From Acidobacteriota bacterium (GTDB lineage: Bacteria; Acidobacteriota; UBA890; WLXD01): 64,000 nucleotides of DNA. The notes below the pieces were generated by a model, which made no database searches, was not told the origin of the DNA, and saw only the letters and a program-made list of their open reading frames with translations. The stretch is from NCBI GenBank assembly GCA_963666055.2, contig CAXWPH010000006.1, positions 32,001 through 96,000 on the forward strand, read 5' to 3'. How positions within the stretch are numbered: the stretch's first letter is position 1; each line of letters begins with the position of its first letter. This document shows positions 17,440-26,136 of this stretch, one piece after another. A program made the translations under genes and the position numbers.

Positions 17440-19917
17440 CTATCGAACGGTGCTCCTGTGCTTGTTGGTCGCCTTTTTGAGGGCGTCGAGAAGCAACTTC
17501 TCCAGGTCAATCTGCGCCGCGAGTATTCGAGCCTTGCCGATCGCGTCCCGCACGCTTCCTGGAATGAATAGCCGCACAGTCCGAGAGAGGTTGTGGAACT
17601 CTTTCTTCAACGTCTCGATGAAAGGCGACCTGACGCTCCGAGTTGGATGCCCGTCGAGCGCGAGGTCGGCGACGAACACCGCGCCTATTTCCTGGTCGAG
17701 TGGCCGGCCGGGAATGTCCAGGAGCACGACTAGTTCATCTGCTTCGGGAGCATCCCGTAGGTCGGGGAAGATAGTGACCAAGTGTTCCGACAAGTACGTT
17801 GAAACCGCCGCTCGCTCCGTGTCGGACAAATCCTGCAGTAAGCTTACTATCTGCTGTCGTCGCTCTTCGTCGGTCGTTCCCTCCGCTCCCCAAGGTGCTC
17901 GCAAGCTCAAGAGTCTCTTGAACAGTCCTGCCCGCCTCGTTACGAGATCGCGCAGAATCGACGCCGCGCCGAAGGCTTCTTCGTAGCTCCTGTCCAGGTA
18001 GTCAAGGGCAGCCGCCTCGGTGAATGCCTGCGCCTCGTCAACGTACGTCTTAAGGCTCAGAGTTCCCTTATCTTTCAGGCACCGCAACACGTGCGTCACC
18101 ATCGCGCCTAGCGCCCGGTTGGTATGGTGCCAGTAGACTTGTCGGAAGTTCCAATACCTTGCCAGCAGGAGACTCTCGACGGCAGACAAGGCTTCCGGCC
18201 GAAAGCAGATGTGCCAGTTTTCGTCGCCGTCTCCGGGCTGCATCATGACGTCCGCCGCCGACAACAAAGTGCGCCTATCCACCCCCCGTCCAAAGGGAAC
18301 CCCAGTAGCTCGCGCGTCGCCCTGCACGTAGCACAGCTTGTCGATGTCAACACCGCTATCGAGGCTGGACCGGATTACTTGTTCTCGACCATCAGTCAGA
18401 TCGCGGTGGTCAGTAGTCAAGAGATCGATGATGATCGCCGGATCGGCGCCGGCGTTGTAGATGACGTCAGCTATGGTGGGGGAGCCTGTGCCGCCCGCGG
18501 GGACTTCGCTAATGAACAATCTGAAGAGGTTCAGCGGCTCGCCCGACGCGAGGTCTAGCTCCTGGCAGTAGTGTAGGAACGGAAAGTGATTGACATCGTG
18601 GAGTAGTGCACAGAGCAGGAATTTGGTCACGTCCAGCGTGTCGAACAGCCGTGTAAATCGCGGCGACCGAACGAAGCACTGAACGAGTTCGACAGCGGTC
18701 GAATACACCATCAGACTATGGTCGAATCGCGTCTGAGTCGCGCTGGGATACACAAAGTCCAGGAGGCTGAGCTGCTTGAGTTGCTGTAGCCGGCGGAAGC
18801 TCCGTGTCTCGATGATCCGCTCCACGAAGTCAGGCGCCAGGAACGCGGCCTCGCCGAGCGCAATTCGTCGCACTGGCTGCCCTGGGGCTAGCTGAGGCGC
18901 GTGTGGAGTGGCTGCGCCGGCCCAAAAGCCGGACTCCAGCTTGCGAATCTGCCCAAGTACTTCGCTCGTCCGCAGGGTGCTAGCCTGCGCCCAGGTCACG
19001 AGGGCCTGGGCGTGGAGGGTCAGGACCTCCCTATCCAACTCAGTGATGAGCGATGGCAACGGAGAGTCCTCGAGTAGTTCCTCAAACAACTTGCCAAGGT
19101 GATATAGGTCTAGACCTGGAAAGAGGAGGTCGCGAAGCGCTTCACGGGGGACAGCTTTAGGATCCTCGGCGAGGATGGGCTTGAGCAATTCTTCAAGCTC
19201 AGCCGGGGCATTGAGCAGCCTGAGCGGCCTTACACGGGTGGTCGGTACGCTTTCGATCAACGCGCTGTCAAAGGCCTGCGCATAGCCGAAGTCGATAAGT
19301 ACGGGCCTTCCCGAGGACGTTTCGATCAGCACGTTGTCGGATCGGAGGTCCGAATGCTGATGGAGCTTTGTCTCGTGGAGATAAGTGAGGGCCTCCAGTA
19401 TTTGAACAAGTACCGTGATGATCTTCGTCCGAATCGCGTCTCGTTCCGGAGAGGTGGCTTGGCTAGCTGACTCGTTCAGCTTGTTGATCCATTCAGAGAG
19501 AGAGTCGCCTTCGATATACCGCGTTACCAGAAACCTGACCTTGTCGTCCGCCGGCACGCGGAAGCCTGCCTCTTCGCCGAACACCACAATCGCATCTGAG
19601 ACCTCACCCCACCCAAGCACTCGTTGGATACCTGGATGATCGAGATCTCTCAGCGCGGCACGCTCCCTGTTGTATGCAAGTTCGTCGCCCTTATCCCAAA
19701 ACGACTGAGCGGTCGTGTCAAATAGGAAGAGCTCGTCGGGAATCAGGTAGAACTTGACGGCCACCGCCACCTGCTCATCGTCAAGGTCCTTGGCCAGATA
19801 GACGACGCCAGAAGAGCCAGAGCCGACCAGGGTTTCTACGCGGTACTCGTCACCGACATTTGTCTTAATTGTGCCGATTGGGACCCGAGGGCCGCTCCGT
19901 TCGTCCGCTTTCCCCAT
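17440..19917 (-). CDS. Ser/Thr protein kinase fused to SAMHD1-like HD dNTP triphosphohydrolase domain
   Basis: Kinase: GSGSSG, VAVK, HSDLRSDN, DFG, APAE, DLYHLG. HD: FRRLQQLKQL, VYPSATQTRFDHSL, ALLHDVNHFPFLH, DIDKLCY, ARYWNFRQVYWH. GGAGAG RBS. Confidence 0.88.
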   Translation of the reverse strand: MGKADERSGPRVPIGTIKTNVGDEYRVETLVGSGSSGVVYLAKDLDDEQVAVAVKFYLIPDELFLFDTTAQSFWDKGDELAYNRERAALRDLDHPGIQRVLGWGEVSDAIVVFGEEAGFRVPADDKVRFLVTRYIEGDSLSEWINKLNESASQATSPERDAIRTKIITVLVQILEALTYLHETKLHQHSDLRSDNVLIETSSGRPVLIDFGYAQAFDSALIESVPTTRVRPLRLLNAPAELEELLKPILAEDPKAVPREALRDLLFPGLDLYHLGKLFEELLEDSPLPSLITELDREVLTLHAQALVTWAQASTLRTSEVLGQIRKLESGFWAGAATPHAPQLAPGQPVRRIALGEAAFLAPDFVERIIETRSFRRLQQLKQLSLLDFVYPSATQTRFDHSLMVYSTAVELVQCFVRSPRFTRLFDTLDVTKFLLCALLHDVNHFPFLHYCQELDLASGEPLNLFRLFISEVPAGGTGSPTIADVIYNAGADPAIIIDLLTTDHRDLTDGREQVIRSSLDSGVDIDKLCYVQGDARATGVPFGRGVDRRTLLSAADVMMQPGDGDENWHICFRPEALSAVESLLLARYWNFRQVYWHHTNRALGAMVTHVLRCLKDKGTLSLKTYVDEAQAFTEAAALDYLDRSYEEAFGAASILRDLVTRRAGLFKRLLSLRAPWGAEGTTDEERRQQIVSLLQDLSDTERAAVSTYLSEHLVTIFPDLRDAPEADELVVLLDIPGRPLDQEIGAVFVADLALDGHPTRSVRSPFIETLKKEFHNLSRTVRLFIPGSVRDAIGKARILAAQIDLEKLLLDALKKATNKHRSTVR

Positions 19918-20643
19918 TTAGCTCTCCAACGCCCAGGGTGGGGTGGGCACGATCGGAACGTAGGCAACCAAGAGGCTTGCCGAACGGCGGAATTGAACGA
20001 GTGCTCGCCGGCGGCCAGAAGTCACAATAACCCTATCGAGCTTTTCTCGTGTTCGCCACGGCTTGACCTCCGCTACGCGGAGAGATCGAAGCCCAGCTTC
20101 GATACGAATCACACGACCCGTTCGGCGGCGATCAAGGTTGCCCAGGTGGAACATGTTGGCCGCGGCTTGTCGCGATCATCCTCTCCTCCGCACCCGCATC
20201 GCTTGAAGAACTACCTTTGAGCTGCCGCGGCGCCGTTGTGGGGCAGCCACTGTCAATCAGGTTAGCCTTGCGTTCTTCCAGGTTAACAACAGCAATCGGG
20301 GACAGCGGCAGTTTCCGATGGCGGCGTGCGAAAAGAATCGTCTTTCAGGGCACCCTCGAGCGCCCATGATAGCTTGGCAAAAGGTACTCCTAATCCCGCG
20401 CTGATTCCCCGAATCCGGAACGCGCGCGTTTGCGGCCTCTACTGAGGAGTACCTGGCTACCCCCTTTTTCCGTAACCGTCCGGGAAGTTCCCTGTCGTGG
20501 GGAAGACCGAGATTCGAATCGCTCGCGCATGACTCAAGCGTGACTCTCGTCAACCGTATCGGCGAAAACCTGTAGTAGATGGGCGGTTCCCCGCCGGGGT
20601 CGTGTGATTGCCAGTCAGATAGCCTCACCTTCTCCAACTTCTG

Positions 20644-20692
20644 TTGGATCTCGCCCGCTCCGGCGATAGGCTTCACGCGCTCACCCACCCCT
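20644..20692 (+). repeat. Copy 1 of ~49-bp imperfect direct repeat with promoter-like boxes
   Basis: TTGGAT-17-TAGGCT..GCTCACCCACCCCT; second copy at 22500-22548. Confidence 0.7.
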
Positions 20693-20705
20693 TTGTGGAC
20701 GCGCC

Positions 20706-20879
20706 ATGGAACCCGGCACCAAACTAGGCCCCTACGAAGTCACCGAGCAGCTCGGTGCAGGCGGCATGGGGCAGGAGATTGAAGCCAAATTCGAGCGGCT
20801 TTTTCAAAGCGTGAAGGAAAAGGTGCGAGAAGAAGCTAGCGATTCATTGTCGGCGGATAGCCCAACGCCATTTCGATGA
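20706..20879 (+). pseudogene. N-terminal remnant of a Hanks-type Ser/Thr kinase gene
   Basis: Manual translation MEPGTKLGPYEVTEQLGAGGMG, then unrelated sequence and a stop after 57 codons. Confidence 0.75.
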
Positions 20880-21747
20880 ACATACTTATTTCAACGATGC
20901 TCCCAACAAAGCGTACGGTGTGGTTATCGATACGCTCCACGTTTGGGAGATAAGCAATCATTTCCGCCGCCTTGTCGTTCTTATATGTCATATCGAGAGC
21001 AAGCGGGCCTTCGATTCTGAAAGGTTCAAGCTGCCGCCGACGGCTCAGCCCGGCCTTGACTTTTTCCTTGATCAGAGCTCGTGCAGCCCCCGGCATCAGG
21101 GTGCGTCCCGAAGTGTGACTGTAGTGCCACTTGACGACGGCTCCCTCAATAGGACCCAGCATGTCGGACACTTCGCGTACCGCGGCATCGTCGCCGCTGA
21201 TCATCACCACCGGAACCCCGAAGTGACCGGCAATCAGTGCGTTCATGCCGCCTTCGGTCATTTCCATGTCGTTTATTTTTACGGATAGCAAGTCGCCGCC
21301 GGATATCGTATGCGCGGCAATACCGTCGATATTGCCCGCACTCGCATGGTAACCAATAAGAATTGCGGCACTGAAACTCTCGTCAATTCCCTCCATCATC
21401 CCGAGCGGTCTCGGCCAGGCACGAACGAGTTCGATGTCCTGCGGCAGCGCATTCAGCAAGAGATTCAGGCCGTTTCCGTGCGAATCGCTAACCAGAATCT
21501 CGCTAGCACCTGCATCGCGTGCGGCCTCAATGGCGGCGTTGATTTCCGCAGTCATCAATTCGCGGAACTGGCTGTACTCGAATCCTCCCGGTGAAAGTTG
21601 GTTCCCGGCGACGACTCCGGCTATGCCTTCCATGTCTGCAGATATGTAGACTTTCAGCTCCTGAGCAATTGCGCCGTTAGCCATTAGCAGCAAGAAAAAC
21701 AGGAACAAGAGCTCGCGAATACCACGATTGTGCCTTCCCAAATTCAT
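20836..21747 (-). CDS. Secreted M55 family D-aminopeptidase (DppA-like)
   Basis: Signal peptide; KVYISADMEG, SDSHG, IGYHA, AHT, ISGDD; start uncertain. Confidence 0.9.
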   Translation of the reverse strand: MNLGRHNRGIRELLFLFFLLLMANGAIAQELKVYISADMEGIAGVVAGNQLSPGGFEYSQFRELMTAEINAAIEAARDAGASEILVSDSHGNGLNLLLNALPQDIELVRAWPRPLGMMEGIDESFSAAILIGYHASAGNIDGIAAHTISGGDLLSVKINDMEMTEGGMNALIAGHFGVPVVMISGDDAAVREVSDMLGPIEGAVVKWHYSHTSGRTLMPGAARALIKEKVKAGLSRRRQLEPFRIEGPLALDMTYKNDKAAEMIAYLPNVERIDNHTVRFVGSIVEISMFIEMALGYPPTMNR

Positions 21748-21862
21748 TTGGCGCTTCCCATGTTTGGTTCTCGGATCGGTCATCTTGCTAACTCCCAGGC
21801 CCATTCCTCGTCGTGGGCAGGGTTCGATCTGACATGGACGAACGCCTCCCTCGGTGAGGCCG

Positions 21863-22312
21863 CTACTGTCCTTCGACAGCGTGCAACTCGATCCACAACT
21901 CCGCAATCTTGCCGTTTTCGATGCGCGTTAAGTCGATTCCCTCGTAGGTTGCCTGCTCTCCAGACTCCCCGACCCCGATCAAGATCCAATGGAACGCAAC
22001 CAAGTTTCCGTCCGCCACAACATTGTCGTGTTTGAAATCCATGCTCTTCGGAAAGGCCCTTTGATCTGACAGGGCGATTTGTCTTGCCTTCTCACGCCCT
22101 GTGACATCTGGGGACCCATAATGAATAACGGGATTGGCCGTGAAGATCTCATCGATCAATGCCAGATTCTTCCCCTGAATGACCTCCATGTGGAAACGAT
22201 GCGCCAGAGCCTTGTTCTTCTCTAGCGCTTCCGCGCTCTGCGCAAATGCCAAAGCACTGTGCGCGACAACAGCTACGACCGCTACAACCGCTACGGTGAC
22301 TGCTCTTTTCAT
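21863..22312 (-). CDS. Secreted SnoaL-like / ester cyclase (NTF2 fold) protein
   Basis: GGAGGAG RBS; signal peptide; NKALAHRF, VVADGNLVA, RIENGKIAELW. Confidence 0.85.
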   Translation of the reverse strand: MKRAVTVAVVAVVAVVAHSALAFAQSAEALEKNKALAHRFHMEVIQGKNLALIDEIFTANPVIHYGSPDVTGREKARQIALSDQRAFPKSMDFKHDNVVADGNLVAFHWILIGVGESGEQATYEGIDLTRIENGKIAELWIELHAVEGQ

Positions 22313-22421
22313 CACCCTGTCTCCTCCAGCGTGTGCCGAAATTGTTACAACTCCTTTCTTGGTACCACGCGAATGAGTCTCTTGCCAGGTACCGTTACAT
22401 CCCGGTTGGCAACCGGATCGC

Positions 22422-22494
22422 CGGAGGAGCAACGCCGCAGACGGGCCCATTTCGCCGCCATCCTGCGGACAGATGGGCAACGATCAACTGCTAC
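22422..22494 (+). repeat. Fragment of MITE-like repeat (shared with 34415-34503)
   Basis: GGAGGAGCAACGCCGCAGACGG(G/A)CCCATTTCGCCGCCATCCT(G/C)CGGACA(G/A)ATGGGCA at both sites. Confidence 0.8.
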
Positions 22495-22499
22495 GTCCA

Positions 22500-22548
22500 T
22501 TGGATCCTGGCACGCTCTGACGATAGGCTTCAGGGCTCACCCACCCCT
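22500..22548 (+). repeat. Copy 2 of promoter-like direct repeat
   Basis: TTGGAT-18-TAGGCT..GCTCACCCACCCCT upstream of the amidohydrolase gene. Confidence 0.7.
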
Positions 22549-22606
22549 CGCTGGCCGCCGAGTTCGCCTCTGACCCCGAGCGTCTGGCCTGCGGCATGAC
22601 TACCCG

Positions 22607-24112
22607 ATGAGAGCTCCAACGACCACATCGTTCGCCCTAACCGTACTGATCGGACTTCAGGTGATCCTGGGCGGAGGCGCACTTCAGGGGCAAGCCGCTG
22701 CAGACACGGGGCTTCTGACACGGCCGGGTCAGGCGGTGGTGATTCGTGGCGGGTGGTTGTTCGATGGGGTCGCGGACACTCGCGTACAGAACGAAGGGCT
22801 CCTCATCCGGGGAGGGAAGTTCCTCGACGTCGACGGCGGCCTCGGCGGCTACGAGGTGCGGGGCGCGCTCGTCGTTGATCTAGACGACGAGGAGACGATC
22901 ATGCCGGGCATGTTCGATCTGCATGCCCATCACCGGCTCGGATTCGGCACGGACGACGCAGAGGAAACCCGATGGGTGCCCATGTTGCATCTGGCGAACG
23001 GCGTGACGTCCACGTTCCCTGCCGGCGAGCTCGATCCTGAAGGCATGATGGAGGCTCGCCGCCGGATCGAATCCGGGGAGCAGATCGGGGCCCGGATCTT
23101 CAACTCGGGACCCTATTTCGGCAACGCGCGCAATCAATGTCCAGAGGTTCGAACCTACCAGGACAGCTGTGCGCACTGGCCCGCTGATATGACGGACCAG
23201 CAGATCCGTGATCGTGTCGACGAGTGGGCGTTCCGTGGGATCAAGAGTATCAAGGCGAAGCAGGCGAGCCCGCGCGAGCTTGGGATCATCATCGACCAGG
23301 CGCACCGGCATGGGATTACGGTGACCGCGCACCTCCACAACTACGCCGGTCGGGGCACCGACGTCAGCGTGCGTGACGCAATTCTCATGGGCATCGATCG
23401 CGTGGAGCACTCATTCTTCGACCAGCATCTGATTCTGGCCGGCCAGATGGCGCCCGGGACATCGGAGTTCGAGGAGTGGTTACGTCTCTTCGTCGATCAC
23501 AACGTCTACTTCGACGGTACGAACTGGCTGTACGGCCGGGCCGTGATCGAAGCCGAGGTCGACTCCGGCGACCTGACGGAGGTCGATACGGACCGCTTCC
23601 TCACGCCCTATCTGCGGAGCTTGCGATCGGCGAGGGGGCCAAGGGGTGGCGCCGACTCCCAGCTCACCGAGCAAGAGCGGGAGTGGGACCGGATCAACGG
23701 CACCGATGGGTACACGACGGTTTTCCACAACAAGGCTCCGGCGTTGCTGAGGCTCTATGAGTTGGGTGGGGGGCATCTCATCACCACGGGGACGGACGAC
23801 TGGAGCGGTTTCAGCATCCACAACGAGTTGTTCGCCCTCGCCTATGTCGGTCTTCCGCTGCATGCCGTGCTGAAGGCCGCGACGATAAACGGGGCCAGCG
23901 CCCTGGGCGTCAGTGATGGGCTTGGAACGATCGAGACGGGTAAGATCGCGGACCTCTATGTTTTGCGAGGCAATCCCCTGGATGACATCCTCGCCACCCG
24001 GAACGGTCATCTGGTGATGAAGGCGGGACAGCTCTACGACGTAGAGACTCTCATCCGGGCAGCGGAGGGGAAAATAGGCCCGACCGGGCCGCGAGGCTCT
24101 CAGAGCCGGTAG
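22607..24112 (+). CDS. Secreted amidohydrolase family protein
   Basis: Signal peptide; MPGMFDLHAH, TAHL, VEHS, GTD, GTIETGKIADL. Confidence 0.9.
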   Translation: MRAPTTTSFALTVLIGLQVILGGGALQGQAAADTGLLTRPGQAVVIRGGWLFDGVADTRVQNEGLLIRGGKFLDVDGGLGGYEVRGALVVDLDDEETIMPGMFDLHAHHRLGFGTDDAEETRWVPMLHLANGVTSTFPAGELDPEGMMEARRRIESGEQIGARIFNSGPYFGNARNQCPEVRTYQDSCAHWPADMTDQQIRDRVDEWAFRGIKSIKAKQASPRELGIIIDQAHRHGITVTAHLHNYAGRGTDVSVRDAILMGIDRVEHSFFDQHLILAGQMAPGTSEFEEWLRLFVDHNVYFDGTNWLYGRAVIEAEVDSGDLTEVDTDRFLTPYLRSLRSARGPRGGADSQLTEQEREWDRINGTDGYTTVFHNKAPALLRLYELGGGHLITTGTDDWSGFSIHNELFALAYVGLPLHAVLKAATINGASALGVSDGLGTIETGKIADLYVLRGNPLDDILATRNGHLVMKAGQLYDVETLIRAAEGKIGPTGPRGSQSR

Positions 24113-24374
24113 TCTCGCACGTCGCCCCTTAGGATCCGTCGATCTTCCCGCTCAGGAGGCTGTCCCGGGAGCGTGATGCTGTCACGTACCGAGGACTGCC
24201 CCCGTAGTCGTCATCGATGATCCGAGTTACGCCGGCATCTACGGATTTCGAGGAGTCGGCGGTGTGCGTTTGTTGGCTATAGAGCTCTCCCCTGTTGATG
24301 CCGGCCCAACGTTCCGATTACCTTGCATGCCTACCGCGTAGACGCCTGGGTGCCCGCGTACGATGGAGGTTCGC

Positions 24375-25292
24375 ATGGCCGTTCCCAAGAGAACCGACCC
24401 GACCGCGCGCCGCGCGGGCGCGGCCTGTAGCTTCCTCGGCGCCGTCACCGTGGCGCTGCTGTTGGCGGTGGCGCTCGGTGCGAGCACGCTCGCTTGGGCG
24501 CATCAGTCTCAGGATCATGCAGAGATTGCCCGCCCGTGGCCGGGGCCCGATGGCAAACCGTTGCCGTTTCGAACCTACGATGAGGCGACGGAGTTCCTGC
24601 GCACCGCCCGGATCGTGTCGTCTGTGAATGTCGGCATCGGCATCGCGGGGATAAAGCGCCTGGTGCTCGAGCGCAACGGCATCCGCGCGCGCGGAGCGTT
24701 TCACGCCATCAACAACGTGACGCGCGATTCCCGAGTGGACGGGCGCATGTTCCGCAGCTACTACGACAGCTACAAGAACCAGTGCGCTGCCTACGAGCTG
24801 GCGCGCCTGTTCGAGCTCGACAACGTGCCGCCGACGGTGTGCCGAAGGGTCAACGGCATCGACGGCAGCATACAGCTCTGGATAGAGGAAACGCGCAGCG
24901 AGACCGATCGAACGGAGGCGGGATTGCGCACGCCGGTGATAAGCGACTGGCTACGCCAGGTCCAGGCCATGCGGCTGTTCGACAGCTTGATCTTCAACGA
25001 CGACCGGAACCCAGGCAACTACCTCTTCGACGCCGATTGGAAGCTCTGGATGATCGATCACTCACGCGCATTCCAGATGCGCAGGGAGCTGGAGTACAGC
25101 GATGAGTTCGTCTGGTGCGCTCGGCGCACGTGGCAGCTGCTGAACCAGGTAACCGATGACCAGATCCGCGCCGCGATCGACACCTACCTCGCGCCACCGC
25201 AGATGGGCGCGCTAGTGGAGCGGCGAGGACTGCTCGTTGAGCACATCCAGAAGTTGATTGACGAGCGTGGCGAAGACGCCGTAATCCACTAG
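24375..25292 (+). CDS. Secreted atypical kinase-like protein (PI3/4-kinase-like fold)
   Basis: Signal peptide; AAYELARL..VPPTV, GSIQLW, FDSLIFNDDRNPGN, IDH. Confidence 0.7.
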   Translation: MAVPKRTDPTARRAGAACSFLGAVTVALLLAVALGASTLAWAHQSQDHAEIARPWPGPDGKPLPFRTYDEATEFLRTARIVSSVNVGIGIAGIKRLVLERNGIRARGAFHAINNVTRDSRVDGRMFRSYYDSYKNQCAAYELARLFELDNVPPTVCRRVNGIDGSIQLWIEETRSETDRTEAGLRTPVISDWLRQVQAMRLFDSLIFNDDRNPGNYLFDADWKLWMIDHSRAFQMRRELEYSDEFVWCARRTWQLLNQVTDDQIRAAIDTYLAPPQMGALVERRGLLVEHIQKLIDERGEDAVIH

Positions 25293-25605
25293 CGATCAGG
25301 CTCTCTCCTTAGCGTAAGAGCAACCCGCGTCGCCGGCATCGTCGTCTACGTGATGCCGTATCAGCTTCCGGGGACGGCGGGCTGATCAACCGCCTCCGCA
25401 GGCCGTGGCCTCTCCTCGTACTCGCCGGCTTCGGGCTTGAGCTCGTCGCGCCGCAAACGCTGCTGAGTCACCTTCGTCACCCTGCCGGTTTGGACGCGGA
25501 TCAGTCTAGTCTGTCGGCGTGCTAGATCATCGAACGGGCGGTAGCCGAGCGACCCCGCGGGTCCGCTCGGCGTATTCTCCGTACCGAGACCTTCCAGGAG
25601 ATGCC

Positions 25606-26064
25606 ATGTTACGCAGCGTCGCGATCGCCACCTCCGCCGCAATCCTCCATGGCTCCGTTCTTGTCGCTGCAACCGCGATGGGCGCCGGCGCTTTCGCCCA
25701 GGGAATCGCAGCGCCCGAAATCACCAACGCGGCCATTCGGGCGATTCTCGCGTCCCGAAGCGCACGCCTCGAGAGCATCCATCGGCATCTCTCTCGAGGT
25801 GCCTTCGGCGAGAACAACAAGGCTCTGTTGCAGGCCAGAGATCTATCGGCGCTACCGCTTCAGGAGCGCGCCGCCGTCCAGAAGCTGCTGCGCGAGGAGA
25901 ACGCCGACCGAGAGAGCATGTTCATCGAGATCGCTGCTGCTACCGGAACCGATCTGAGCCAGCTACCGCGGATCCGAGAACGCTATGCTGCCGCGCTGCG
26001 CGCCGACGCGCGTCGAGGTGACTGGATCCAAATGCCCGATGGGTCGTGGCGGCAGCATCAGTGA
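25606..26064 (+). CDS. DUF1318 (YdbL-like) exported protein
   Basis: Signal peptide; GENNKALL, ENADRESMFIEIA, GDWIQMPDGSW. Confidence 0.8.
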   Translation: MLRSVAIATSAAILHGSVLVAATAMGAGAFAQGIAAPEITNAAIRAILASRSARLESIHRHLSRGAFGENNKALLQARDLSALPLQERAAVQKLLREENADRESMFIEIAAATGTDLSQLPRIRERYAAALRADARRGDWIQMPDGSWRQHQ

Positions 26065-26136
26065 AAGTCGGGGGTCGCAACCGGCTCAGGCAACGGGCGA
26101 GGCGGCCGCACCTGCGACGATCCTCGCGCCTCCCGC

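Noticed and set aside
16710-19917. Canonical Pycsar, CBASS or BREX
   Set aside because: No cNMP-binding TIR/TM effector, CD-NTase, PglZ or BrxC-type ATPase in the window
19918-20688. ORFs upstream of the kinase-HD gene as extra system components
   Set aside because: No motifs or clear RBS and composition is not protein-like; a small regulator or RNA cannot be excluded
22266-22301. 9-bp tandem repeat
   Set aside because: Encodes VAV repeats of a signal peptide; not an array
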